Source of the DNA: a virus
Taxonomy: Duplodnaviria > Caudoviricetes
Length of the DNA stretch: 55,960 nucleotides
Reading direction: 5' to 3' (one strand)
IMG/VR virus record: IMGVR_UViG_3300029893_000010
Span: 1 to 55,960 of that record
This document shows, in pieces, positions 1-9,505 of this stretch (within the stretch, counting starts at the first letter, position 1; each line of letters begins with the position of its first letter). Position numbers and translations under genes: made by a program. The notes under the pieces are model-generated. The model made no database searches. It saw only the letters and a program-made list of their open reading frames with translations, and had not been told where the DNA came from.

Positions 1-368
1 TGCGGGCGGTCGTTGAGTTATGCGGCACACAAAACACACGCCCATCGGGCAACAATACCCCACCGGCGAACGCATTACTTCCCGGGTAGGTTCCGGTCGG
101 GGTGGAAAGGGTGTCGGTTGTCGGATCGTAAATGCGGGCGGTCGTGGAATCTCTTGGCACACAAAAGACCCGCCCGTCTGGTAACAACACACCTCCATAC
201 ATCGCACCAACGCCGGGGTAGGTTCCGGTCGGGGTGGAAAGGGTGTCGGTTGTCGGATCGTAAATGCGGGCAGATGTGGAGTTTCTTGGCACACAAAAGA
301 CGCGCCCGTCTGGAAGAAGAACTCCTCCTAAAAAGGCATTACTTCCCGGGTAGGTTCCAGTCGGGGTG
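1..368. repeat. 132-bp tandem coding repeats (about 2.8 units)
   Basis: GGGTAGGTTCC recurs at exact 132-bp spacing (T at 87, 219, 351). Confidence 0.95.
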
Positions 369-622
369 ACAACTGCACAAGATGGCAGGCCTCTGTCTCT
401 GTTTTGATCCACAAGGTTTTGTAATGACGCGAAGAATGAAGGATTATCTATCTGCTCATTCGGGTCATCGCGCCAATTGGCAAACGAAATGAACGCTCCT
501 GCGCTGCCCTGTGCGTGAAAAACACTGCGGTGGTCGCGCACGAATGCCTCAAGGTCTCCTATCTTCCTGACAAGTTCGGAGGTCAATCCTCCGTTTTTGA
601 CATCGTCCATGATGTTTGACAT
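1..622 (-). CDS. Tail-tip / receptor-binding protein with 44-aa kelch-like beta-propeller repeats, 5' part (runs off the contig start)
   Basis: Manual translation from ATG 622 gives MSNIMDDVKNGG...TPTGTYPGSNAFLGGVLLPDGRVFCVPRNSTSARIYDPTTDTLS..., open to position 1. Directly follows the Tal-like gene. Absent from the ORF track because it has no stop in the window. Confidence 0.75.
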   Translation of the reverse strand, partial: MSNIMDDVKNGGLTSELVRKIGDLEAFVRDHRSVFHAQGSAGAFISFANWRDDPNEQIDNPSFFASLQNLVDQNRDRGLPSCAVVTPTGTYPGSNAFLGGVLLPDGRVFCVPRNSTSARIYDPTTDTLSTPTGTYPGVGAMYGGVLLPDGRVFCVPRDSTTARIYDPTTDTLSTPTGTYPGSNAFAGGVLLPDGRVFCVPHNSTTAR

Positions 623-623
623 G

Positions 624-1757
624 CTATACTCCCAGGCTGTTCATGCCGGTAATGTTCTCCACGCCATCCGAATTGAAGGCGACATACACCACCAGAACTT
701 CCACATTGAATATCTTTCCTGCGTACCGAACAGGCAAAAGGTCTCCCAGATCCCAATCGATACCATACAGAGAACGGGGTTGTCTCGGACCTCCAGGCGA
801 ATTGACAAAGGTCACATTCAGCCTTTTTTCCGCAGAGCCCTTTTGCAATGACGAATGGGCCTTCCCAAGGTTTGCGCTGGCGTCCGCCACACTTGAGGTT
901 TCGGCGACCCGCGCGGTATTCCAACGGGACAGATACCTGTCCGGGCTTTCCGCTGTGGCGTTCGTGGCGGGCACGTTCTTGTTGACGACATCCTGCACAG
1001 TGGTCTTGTCGTTATAGTCCTCATAATAGGACGGGTCTTTGATGTTCCCGTTATCAAGCGAGAATGTAACTCCCTGGCTTCGATCCGCACCGTACAGTCC
1101 GGTCAGGGTGCGGAAGGTATATCCGAATCCGTTCGATACAAGCGCCTCGTTCTCCACAACATCAAAAAATACTTTCGGCTGGCTTTCATCCTCAAAGTGG
1201 CGCGATTCGGTCTCCTCCTGGATGGCCTTGAGCGCGTCGATCAGGTTGTTGAGCGAGAACGACTTGGTGATCTGCGGTCCGGCAGATACATCACCCTCGA
1301 CCGTAAACTCCCCCGATGGTACCGTTGCGTATCCTGCTGGAGCACCCAGCAGGTAATCCGACACCAGTTGTTTCATCAGGTCGTCGGCATATCCCGTATA
1401 GGTCGTATCCTCCGCCTCATCCACATACTGCCTGCGCACGATGTCGAGGGGAGTGCGCCCATACAGGGTCAACATCGTCACGCCATCATCGCGGGTCTGG
1501 ACATTGTATTTTCTCAGCAGGAAGGATTTTTCGCGTCGTGCAGGCACGCCCTCCAGAGGGCTGCGCCACACGTCCAGCCTCCAATCGACAGAAAACACCT
1601 GCGGCGCCACGGCCTGCATTTCTGCAAGGGGGATGCCAAGTTCGATGTATCCGTAGCCTTTTACGCTACGGGCGTACGAACAATAGGCAAGTTTGTTGAG
1701 CAGCGCCAGGCGTCTGCCATTATCCCCGCAAAGCCATACTTCGTATCGGGCTCCCAT
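624..1757 (-). CDS. Minor tail / baseplate hub (Tal-like, siphovirus Gp37-like) protein
   Basis: 377 aa directly after Dit; C-terminal YGIDWDLGDLL motif typical of this class. Confidence 0.65.
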   Translation of the reverse strand: MGARYEVWLCGDNGRRLALLNKLAYCSYARSVKGYGYIELGIPLAEMQAVAPQVFSVDWRLDVWRSPLEGVPARREKSFLLRKYNVQTRDDGVTMLTLYGRTPLDIVRRQYVDEAEDTTYTGYADDLMKQLVSDYLLGAPAGYATVPSGEFTVEGDVSAGPQITKSFSLNNLIDALKAIQEETESRHFEDESQPKVFFDVVENEALVSNGFGYTFRTLTGLYGADRSQGVTFSLDNGNIKDPSYYEDYNDKTTVQDVVNKNVPATNATAESPDRYLSRWNTARVAETSSVADASANLGKAHSSLQKGSAEKRLNVTFVNSPGGPRQPRSLYGIDWDLGDLLPVRYAGKIFNVEVLVVYVAFNSDGVENITGMNSLGV

Positions 1758-4207
1758 TATTCCTCCACTTCCGCGATGGCGTCCGCGCTCCAGTGACTAG
1801 GACTCCAGCGCAATTGGATCGAGGGCGTCACTTCGTTGTCCATCAGGATGGCAAACTCGTTGCTTCCAGGCAGCAGGTACACGGCACGAAGTTCCGAGCC
1901 GGGTTGAAGGCTGGAAAGCAGGCTTCCACGCGAGTAGGATTGTATCGTTCCGCGTGCGAAATCGATCTCCACTTCTTCGCCCTCGAAAATCGACAGGTTG
2001 AGGTAGATCGCCTGTTTGGTCGCAAGGTTTTCGATATACCTCACGGTCGCCTGCCCGAGCACATACAGGATCGGGAACACACCATACGAGCCGGAATTTG
2101 TGACCATGTTATAGGCAGAGGTGTAGGGGGCAAAGGCGGCATCCAAATCGGTAGCCACATAGAGGACGCCACGGATCTTCGAGAAAAGCAGCCTGCGGAC
2201 GTAGCCGCTCCCGAACAGGTTGCCTTCCAGGTTCGTCCATGCCCCGTTCGTGTATTTTGCCATTTTATAGAGCGCGCCGTATTGAGGCGAGGCGGTGAAG
2301 TTCCCGCCGATGTACAATTCTCCAAACTCTCCAATGTCCATGGTCAATGCGTAATTATCCGAGAGCGACAGGATCTCGAACCACGAGCCGCCTCGGTACT
2401 CCCAAATCTTTCCGAGCACATCCCCGCTTTGGACAGTGGAACAATAGGCGATGCCATCGTTGCGAACAATGATGCTGTGTCCACGGGATATTGAGGCGTC
2501 TGTCAGCCCATCCCCAAGCGGGGAGATCAAGTTGGTGGTCGTGTCTATCTGCGCAACATGTTCGTAGACGGGAGTTCCTCCAACCGCTCCGGTGAACCCG
2601 CCACAAACATACAGGATGTTCGGGTCGGTCGTTTTTGTGATCCAGTTTACTGACAAATTGAAACCGCTCACCGCGCCAACTGTCCGATATTGAGTTCCAT
2701 CCCAGCGTGCAATGCGATAATATGGGGTTGCTCCACTCCATAGTGTTGTAAAAGTTCCACCAATGTAGAGTTGTCCGTTGTCTGCAACACATAATGTGTT
2801 TACGGGACCGCCAAGTCCAACCCCTACGGCGCTCCAAACACCGGTGTTGAGGTTGTATTGGGCGATGCTTACGGAACTAACTGCACCATTGACCTGCGTA
2901 AAGTTTCCCGCCACATACAGGATGCCGAGAGGGTGAATGGCAAGGCATGTTCCGCCATTATTATTCACATATCCCAGCAGGGTGACGGTCTCGCCGTCAA
3001 ACGAGATGATGTTCGAGTTTCCGCCTGAATTGACGCTGGCATACAATGTTCCGTCTGGTCCCTCTACAATCGCCAGTACGTCACCAGTGATGTAGGACCG
3101 CAGGCTGGACCATTTGTCGTTCTGGTCACGCACCCAGATCGTGCCGTCGCTTACGGACGGGTAATTCGTTTTCCAGTTCAATTGCAGGACATCCTGGCTG
3201 TCCTCCTGCCAGTCCGGGTCAACCGCCAGAAAACGGACAGGCATGGAGTTCGTCCAGGCATTGCGCACATCCCATGATCCATCCAAGCCGCCGTCATAGC
3301 GCAGGCGGATGTACAAAGGCCGGTCGCCTTCGGTGTCCGAATATTCAAAGAGGAACGCTTCTCCGCCTACGGTGCGGTCCGGCTTGAACAGGTCGACCAA
3401 TTGCTGCCGGAGTGCGTGCAGGGGAGTGAGGTCTGGTTCGGGCTGGCGTTGTTGCGCCTCCTCCTTGACGTAGAAGTTCACGGTCATGACACGCGAGTTG
3501 ATCTTGGTGTTGTCGTACCAGGCGCCCGGAGCATTGCCCCACGATTGGGTGTTGTTGGTGATGGGCGCCATGCCGAAGCCGGTCAGGGCGGTTACGTAAA
3601 TATTGCTGTTCTGCCTGCATGGTCCAGCCAGGTCAACCCATTTGCCGCCAAGCCGCGTATCCCCGTCACGTCTGGAGGTGCTTGCGCCACGCGTGATGTT
3701 CCAGACACATCCGGGCTGGTCTCCATCACAGTAGGTGGTGGCATACGCCTTGCGCTCCAACTGCGCTCCATCCACGTAGAACGTTTCGATCTGTGGAGAC
3801 GCATCGGAAGTTTCCACATAGAGACGCAGGTCGTTCGTTCCGGTCGAGAACCCGGAAACGCTCAAGCGCGTCCATTGACGGTCGTTGACTGCCACGGCAT
3901 CCGATGAATACGAAGTTCCGCCACCGTCCCGCAGACGCACCCGCAATTTTCCCGTGCCGCGCACATATACACTGACCGTGATCGGCTCGCTGACCCCATT
4001 GAGACCGCTGACACGATAATATATGCCTTCGTTGACCGCCGATCCGGCTGTCACGACCCTGCCGCTTGCAATTCCAAATCGGGCGCGATCCAGCGAGCGG
4101 GTCAGGGTCGCCCCAGAGGTCGTCCAGCCGGTCGTGTTCTTTCCGAAGTTCGGGTTTTTGATGTAATTGATGGTGCTTTCAGGTACGAGTACGCGTAGAT
4201 TTATCAT
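1757..4207 (-). CDS. Evolved distal tail protein (Dit) with N-terminal carbohydrate-binding module and inserted beta-propeller
   Basis: Follows tape measure. NYIKNPNF...VDGAQLE CBM-like N-terminus, G-GGxFT propeller repeats, C-terminal LLPGSNE Dit motif. Confidence 0.7.
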   Translation of the reverse strand: MINLRVLVPESTINYIKNPNFGKNTTGWTTSGATLTRSLDRARFGIASGRVVTAGSAVNEGIYYRVSGLNGVSEPITVSVYVRGTGKLRVRLRDGGGTSYSSDAVAVNDRQWTRLSVSGFSTGTNDLRLYVETSDASPQIETFYVDGAQLERKAYATTYCDGDQPGCVWNITRGASTSRRDGDTRLGGKWVDLAGPCRQNSNIYVTALTGFGMAPITNNTQSWGNAPGAWYDNTKINSRVMTVNFYVKEEAQQRQPEPDLTPLHALRQQLVDLFKPDRTVGGEAFLFEYSDTEGDRPLYIRLRYDGGLDGSWDVRNAWTNSMPVRFLAVDPDWQEDSQDVLQLNWKTNYPSVSDGTIWVRDQNDKWSSLRSYITGDVLAIVEGPDGTLYASVNSGGNSNIISFDGETVTLLGYVNNNGGTCLAIHPLGILYVAGNFTQVNGAVSSVSIAQYNLNTGVWSAVGVGLGGPVNTLCVADNGQLYIGGTFTTLWSGATPYYRIARWDGTQYRTVGAVSGFNLSVNWITKTTDPNILYVCGGFTGAVGGTPVYEHVAQIDTTTNLISPLGDGLTDASISRGHSIIVRNDGIAYCSTVQSGDVLGKIWEYRGGSWFEILSLSDNYALTMDIGEFGELYIGGNFTASPQYGALYKMAKYTNGAWTNLEGNLFGSGYVRRLLFSKIRGVLYVATDLDAAFAPYTSAYNMVTNSGSYGVFPILYVLGQATVRYIENLATKQAIYLNLSIFEGEEVEIDFARGTIQSYSRGSLLSSLQPGSELRAVYLLPGSNEFAILMDNEVTPSIQLRWSPSHWSADAIAEVEE

Positions 4208-4216
4208 GGTTCCTCT

Positions 4217-6823
4217 TTATGAGTTCATCGCCTGCAACATCGCAAAGTCGGCAAGAATCGGTTCTATCGGCGCAGACGTATGGACGCTCAAGTTGTAATT
4301 TGACGTATTGTTGATCGTGGAGGATTGCGACGGTGCGGCGGTCGAGTACATGGCGGACGGGATCACGGACGCCTGCATCACTGCCGATGCTGCAATGGTT
4401 TTCATGGTGCTGGTCAACAGTCCACTGGTGTTGGCGATGCCTTCCACCATGCCAAGCATGGCGTTGCGCCCGATGCCATAAAACACCTTGGAGGGGGATC
4501 GGATGTTCCATAGTTTCATGATGGCGTTCGTGGCGCTGTTCGCGGCAGATGTAGCCGCGGACGCCAGCGATGCGCCCATGCTCTTGATGCCGTTGATGAT
4601 TCCGGTCACAACCTGGACACCCAATGCAAACCAGTTCACATCCCGCACAGCGGATTCCGCCTGCTTGAATTTGCTCGAGAATACACTTGAAAGTTCATCA
4701 AGTTTTGTAGTGGCCGCCTCGATCAGGGTGGTCAGAACAGTTCTAAGGGCTTCGATCAATACGTCCGCGGCATTCGTAACACCTTCGGCAAACCCGGTGA
4801 CAAGATCAATGCCTATGCCGATGAACACAGTGGACGGAGACGAGATCCCAAGTGCCGTTTTGACGGCGTCTATTGCATTCTGGACAAGTTGATACAACGC
4901 GTTGATGACAAGGTGCATGTTTATGATGATGCCGTTGTACATCCCATCGATGATCGCCTTGGCGGCTCCAAACCAGTCTCCGTTCTTGATCGATTCGACC
5001 GCTTGCGTAATCGTGTTCACGATATTCGATTTTATAAGGCTGAACCAGGTGATGACCGTTGTGGCAAATATCTGTACCGCGCCGATCACGGACCGAAAAC
5101 CTATTTCGAGAACTTTGAACATCATGATCGCGCCGACAATGGCAACGATCAACACCAGAAAAGCGGTTGACACACTTGTCATCAGAAGAGCCGAAAGCCA
5201 GTTGAAGGCAGTGTACACCAGCCCGATAACCTTTACGACAACGAGGAATACATTTTGCAGGATGGCAAATGGTGTAATCACTGCGGTAACAGCCAGAGCC
5301 AGGGCAAGAAGGACGCTAACCAGAACCTTGGCTATAAGATCAAGGATCGTCAAATATACGACAACCTTTGCGATGGCTTCTGTCCATTTGATGATCTCGT
5401 CCTTATTCTCGATCACGAAATCCATAAATGTTTTTAGACCATCCAGCAGGGCGCCCAAAGGATCTTCTCCCTCAAGCCCACTGGTTGCATCCGCAAAGAG
5501 TTGTCCAAATATCTCTCCAAGGGTGGAGAAGAATTCATCGATGGTTCCGCCATTTTCATCGACCCACTGGCTGATACGGTCAAACGCAGGAATGATCTTG
5601 TTTTCGATGAACGAAGAGATCTTGTCCGCCATTTCGCCAACCTTGGCAATGGCATCCTGCACCCAAACCACAATGTCATCCTTGTGTTCGATCAACCAGT
5701 CCGAGAATGCCCCAAGCCCATCCACCAAACTTTGGGCAAGGTCATCCGCAGACGGTCCAAGCCCGAGGATGTCCGCAACAATACCCTGAATGGTCTTGCC
5801 GATCTTCTCGGATGTTTCTACGATCTCCCCAAAGGGGTCGCGGAGTTCCACCCCTTCCATCTCCGCAACAACGCGTTCGGCTTCTGAGGGCACGCGTGTG
5901 AACACATCGAGGAAGTCGGCAATGTATCCGCCTACCGTGTCCATGACGGGCATAATCACGTCGAGCCCAACGATGGACGAAATAAAGTCCTTTACGTTGT
6001 CGGTGGCGCCCTTCCATGTGCGCGCCATGGCTTGTGTGCTTCCTGCAAAGCGGCGTCCGGTCAGGCTGTTGAATGCCTCCATAAAGGCCTGTACGCCTTC
6101 TCCCGAGTTGCGGAAGGCATCAAAGGCTTTTCCGGTCAATCCGGTCTGCTTTTGCATCTCGATGAGAACGTCATTGACAGGCACAAAGGCGCCACGTGCC
6201 AGGTCGTTCATTTCACGCTGGGTGACTTTGCCCTGTTGGACCATCTGGCCAAAGTTGACCACGATACGCTCGATCTCGGTTCCACCCAGCCCCATGCCCG
6301 CCGCAAAGTCGGCAATACTGGAGGTCAACTGGCGAGCCTCTTTGTCTGCAAAATTGTAGGAACGCGCAAGGGAGTACACATTGGAGATGTCGGTCAAGTC
6401 GTATGGGGTTGTGGCGGCCAGTTTTTGCAGCCACGTCATCTGTTCCTTGGTGGCTTTTGTGGCGAACTGCATGGCTTCCTGGAATCCCATCCCTGATTCT
6501 GTGGCGGCGTTGAAGTTGAAATTCTTGAGACGGATCTGCAATCGCTGGAATTCATTCCCAGCCTCGATGGCAGCCCCTATAAGTTCCTGTAAACTGGAGA
6601 CGACCTTTTGGATGGCACTGGCAAGCAAAGAACCGAGTGTGTATTCCAGTATCCTGAATACAGACCCGGTAAGCCATTGCACAACATTTCCAACGGCCTC
6701 AAATGCCTTGCCAAGCATTGAAGCTTTGGGGCTGAGATCTGTAATGCTTGAGTCTATTTTGTTCATACTGGAAAGGAATTGAACCAATCCAGTTACGATT
6801 GCCTCGACACCGATCTTCTCCAT
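4217..6823 (-). CDS. Tail tape measure protein
   Basis: 868 aa, Ala/Ile-rich helical sequence, AATTPYDL tape-measure domain, hydrophobic middle, ISSPS/IRSPSKVF motifs. Confidence 0.9.
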   Translation of the reverse strand: MEKIGVEAIVTGLVQFLSSMNKIDSSITDLSPKASMLGKAFEAVGNVVQWLTGSVFRILEYTLGSLLASAIQKVVSSLQELIGAAIEAGNEFQRLQIRLKNFNFNAATESGMGFQEAMQFATKATKEQMTWLQKLAATTPYDLTDISNVYSLARSYNFADKEARQLTSSIADFAAGMGLGGTEIERIVVNFGQMVQQGKVTQREMNDLARGAFVPVNDVLIEMQKQTGLTGKAFDAFRNSGEGVQAFMEAFNSLTGRRFAGSTQAMARTWKGATDNVKDFISSIVGLDVIMPVMDTVGGYIADFLDVFTRVPSEAERVVAEMEGVELRDPFGEIVETSEKIGKTIQGIVADILGLGPSADDLAQSLVDGLGAFSDWLIEHKDDIVVWVQDAIAKVGEMADKISSFIENKIIPAFDRISQWVDENGGTIDEFFSTLGEIFGQLFADATSGLEGEDPLGALLDGLKTFMDFVIENKDEIIKWTEAIAKVVVYLTILDLIAKVLVSVLLALALAVTAVITPFAILQNVFLVVVKVIGLVYTAFNWLSALLMTSVSTAFLVLIVAIVGAIMMFKVLEIGFRSVIGAVQIFATTVITWFSLIKSNIVNTITQAVESIKNGDWFGAAKAIIDGMYNGIIINMHLVINALYQLVQNAIDAVKTALGISSPSTVFIGIGIDLVTGFAEGVTNAADVLIEALRTVLTTLIEAATTKLDELSSVFSSKFKQAESAVRDVNWFALGVQVVTGIINGIKSMGASLASAATSAANSATNAIMKLWNIRSPSKVFYGIGRNAMLGMVEGIANTSGLLTSTMKTIAASAVMQASVIPSAMYSTAAPSQSSTINNTSNYNLSVHTSAPIEPILADFAMLQAMNS

Positions 6824-7110
6824 TATTTTCGTCCTTTACCTTTCGCGGCTTTGATCTCGGCTTCCATTTGTAGATTCTGCATGGCGTTGCCGATCCTGCG
6901 TACCGCGATCACCATGGCGCGCTCGAGCGGGTCAAGCGCATACCACGCGTCCATGGTGTAGTGCGCCTCGATCCGCGCCACCTGCTCCTCGTAGAGAGGG
7001 ACAAATTCACCGGATATGGCGCCCCAGCGGATCCCCGCCGAAACCGTATTCGCAGGCTCGATCTTCGTCACCGTCTCTTCGGTGTACCCAATCGATTTAG
7101 TTACCCGCAA
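6823..7110 (-). CDS. Tail assembly chaperone frameshift extension (gpT-like)
   Basis: Overlaps the end of the chaperone ORF in the +1 frame, has no good start of its own, and lies just before tape measure. Confidence 0.6.
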   Translation of the reverse strand: MRVTKSIGYTEETVTKIEPANTVSAGIRWGAISGEFVPLYEEQVARIEAHYTMDAWYALDPLERAMVIAVRRIGNAMQNLQMEAEIKAAKGKGRK

Positions 7111-7666
7111 GAAAGTTCTCCCCGTTCCGCACGTCCGCCTCCTTGACGCCAGAGAGTGCCATTACGGCTTCGGATATTTTTTGCGTATCATCAGTGGTAG
7201 GCGCGGCGATATACATCACCCATGTGATGTACCTCCATGCGGGGGAGGTGGGGATTGTCGGAAGTCCGTACGAGGCATATTCTCTAATCCAGTTCGGCAT
7301 TTCGCCACCCTTCTTTGGGTGCGGTCCTTCAATGCCCTTCGGGATCGATTCCAGTTCGGTTCCCAACCCGACCAGTACATTGAGCATGGCGCTGGAATAT
7401 TCCATTTGCCATGCCCGCTTACGGGCAATGTAATCCGGGTCGTCCGGGTTTTCGATCTCACGCCCCATCTCCTTGGAGTGGAACGTGGGTACTTTTGGCG
7501 CCGGATGCGCTGTCATGGCGCGGATCAACACGTTCGGGTTCGCCAGCTTTGCACGCAGGATGACGCCGGAGGACAGGCGGATCAGTCCATCATTCGCCTG
7601 TCCCATTTTGTCAATTTGCTTGGCGATATTTTCGTCAACGTCGGTAATTCTCGGTTGTTCTTCCAT
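7097..7666 (-). CDS. Tail assembly chaperone (gpG-like)
   Basis: Lies between the major tail and tape measure genes; GAGG RBS. Confidence 0.65.
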   Translation of the reverse strand: MEEQPRITDVDENIAKQIDKMGQANDGLIRLSSGVILRAKLANPNVLIRAMTAHPAPKVPTFHSKEMGREIENPDDPDYIARKRAWQMEYSSAMLNVLVGLGTELESIPKGIEGPHPKKGGEMPNWIREYASYGLPTIPTSPAWRYITWVMYIAAPTTDDTQKISEAVMALSGVKEADVRNGENFLAGN

Positions 7667-7690
7667 TGCTTCCTCTTTGCTTCCTTTTTT

Positions 7691-9193
7691 TTATCCAGCC
7701 ATCTTGACAGCGATGCCGGATGTTCCGTTCTGTGCAAGACCGGCAGCGTAGGCGGTGTTCGCGTACTTGCTGCACACAGCGATGTCGCGCAGGTATGAAT
7801 TGGCGACCGGAGTACCCTTCTTGCCCTGCGGCAGGACGGTCCACTCGCTACCGGCAGTGATCGTGCGGAGGATGTACGACTGACCACCACCGCGCGCCGA
7901 GATATACCCTTCGGCGTCACTGACAAAAACGATCCTGTCGATGCGGTTGTAGGTGGCGGGCAGTCCGATCTGTGACCAGGACGAGCCAGCATTGACGGTC
8001 AGCCAAAGTTTTCCGCTTCCGCCAGCGCCTTCACCGACAAGCCATGTTTTTGCGTCCCACATCCAGCACGCCTCGAGGTTGATACCAACCGCCGGACCAG
8101 TCACACTTTCCCATGTCAAGCCGCCGTTTGAGGTGACGATCACACTGTTGGAATTTCCAACCGCAAGGACATTCTGCGTGTCATGCGCATGGACGGCATT
8201 GAGGTTCTGTGTGGTCGCCACGCCAGCATCCTGCACGGTCACACCGCTTTTGAAATTCTGAGAGTAGTAGATGTAACCACCATCCCCGACGATCCAGACG
8301 TGCCGGATGTCCAGAGCCGCCATGGCGTTCGGACCCTTCGCGGCGACAAAGCCGGAGACAACCTCCTGCCAGGTGTTTGCACCGACCAGCAGGTCATCGA
8401 TCTGCGTCCAGTGGATCGAGTTGGATGTGTTCGACACAAGCGCGAACACTCCAGCAAATGCCGCGGCATCCGAGATGGTTTCGTTGGAGAACAGGCTGTC
8501 AATCGTGTCGCTGCTCCATGTCTTGCCGCCATCCTGCGAGTAGAGCAATGCAGGCTGCGTACCGGGAGTGGCACTTGCGCCCAGCATGGTCATAAAGACA
8601 CGCTCACAGGGGTTGTCACAATCTTCACACGCGTCACCCTGGTAGGTATCGATGGTGCGGATCTCGCGGGTGGTGGAAGATGACGCGATCTGATCCTGCC
8701 GCATGTAGCGGAATTCCCAGTAATCTTCGGCTGTCATGTCCACCATTTCGTTGGTGGCATTGTTCTCATCGCGCCCATACGCACCAAAGTTCTCGTAACT
8801 GTGGCTGGAGATGCGCCCGTCACGGAAGAACACCCATTTTTCACCGCCTTCGGTAAAATCCTGCGGGTTGCCGCACTTGCCGGAAAGGGCAAAGATGTCC
8901 ACGCGGCAACGACGGTTCGCCCAATCCAGCAGGGTGGACATTTCAGATGTTGAGCGACTGCCAATGCCAAGCGTGGCGCGTTCGGTCTCTCCCGGAACAG
9001 TCCCAACCTGTATATCGCGGTCGAAATTGTTCGGGTCTGGTGCGCTGATGCGCGTCTCCTCTCCGAGGGTCTTGCTCGGGTCATCGGAGAATTTCGCCAA
9101 CGGCATAAATTGAGGAACGCGGGAGGGATGCACACCTCCAACAACGTGCCAAACTCGTTGGTTCAGGGCAGTAAGGGCTTTCAAATCGGTCAT
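7691..9193 (-). CDS. Major tail tube protein with C-terminal BNR/Asp-box beta-propeller
   Basis: Synteny; repeated SxDGGxTW / SNGGLTW / NAGSSW Asp-box motifs; GGAGG RBS. Confidence 0.65.
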   Translation of the reverse strand: MTDLKALTALNQRVWHVVGGVHPSRVPQFMPLAKFSDDPSKTLGEETRISAPDPNNFDRDIQVGTVPGETERATLGIGSRSTSEMSTLLDWANRRCRVDIFALSGKCGNPQDFTEGGEKWVFFRDGRISSHSYENFGAYGRDENNATNEMVDMTAEDYWEFRYMRQDQIASSSTTREIRTIDTYQGDACEDCDNPCERVFMTMLGASATPGTQPALLYSQDGGKTWSSDTIDSLFSNETISDAAAFAGVFALVSNTSNSIHWTQIDDLLVGANTWQEVVSGFVAAKGPNAMAALDIRHVWIVGDGGYIYYSQNFKSGVTVQDAGVATTQNLNAVHAHDTQNVLAVGNSNSVIVTSNGGLTWESVTGPAVGINLEACWMWDAKTWLVGEGAGGSGKLWLTVNAGSSWSQIGLPATYNRIDRIVFVSDAEGYISARGGGQSYILRTITAGSEWTVLPQGKKGTPVANSYLRDIAVCSKYANTAYAAGLAQNGTSGIAVKMAG

Positions 9194-9195
9194 GG

Positions 9196-9498
9196 TCAAC
9201 CTCCTACGGTTTCCGTTTCATAAGCGGAAAACTTCTCCGCTAATTTCTGTGCGTCTACATTCAACGCTTCCTGCAATGCGCCAAAGGCGGCGCCGGGACG
9301 CGAGATGTCCTTGTATGTGAATAGCCTGCGCGCGTATAGGATGTTGTGCAGGCGTGTGGCTGTCTCGGGTGGAAGCCCAAGTTCATCCACGAGCCCTGCG
9401 GGAGGTCCGATGATAATGGTCGCTCCCGGTGTTCCAGCCTCGGGCGAGACGTGCGCAAGATACTTCCTGCCTTCGATCTCTATTTCCTGTTTTTCCAT
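9196..9498 (-). CDS. Putative virion morphogenesis protein
   Basis: MEKQEIE start with GAGG RBS, inside the structural operon. Confidence 0.55.
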   Translation of the reverse strand: MEKQEIEIEGRKYLAHVSPEAGTPGATIIIGPPAGLVDELGLPPETATRLHNILYARRLFTYKDISRPGAAFGALQEALNVDAQKLAEKFSAYETETVGG

Positions 9499-9505
9499 TG
9501 CTTCC

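Noticed and set aside
1-72. Exact terminal redundancy proving circularity
   Set aside because: 1-72 matches 55757-55828 but then diverges, so it is a repeat-unit match rather than an end overlap. Circularity is inferred only from gene continuity.
4902-6782. Long plus-strand ORFs opposite the tape measure and other structural genes
   Set aside because: Antisense shadows with no RBS or recognisable motifs.
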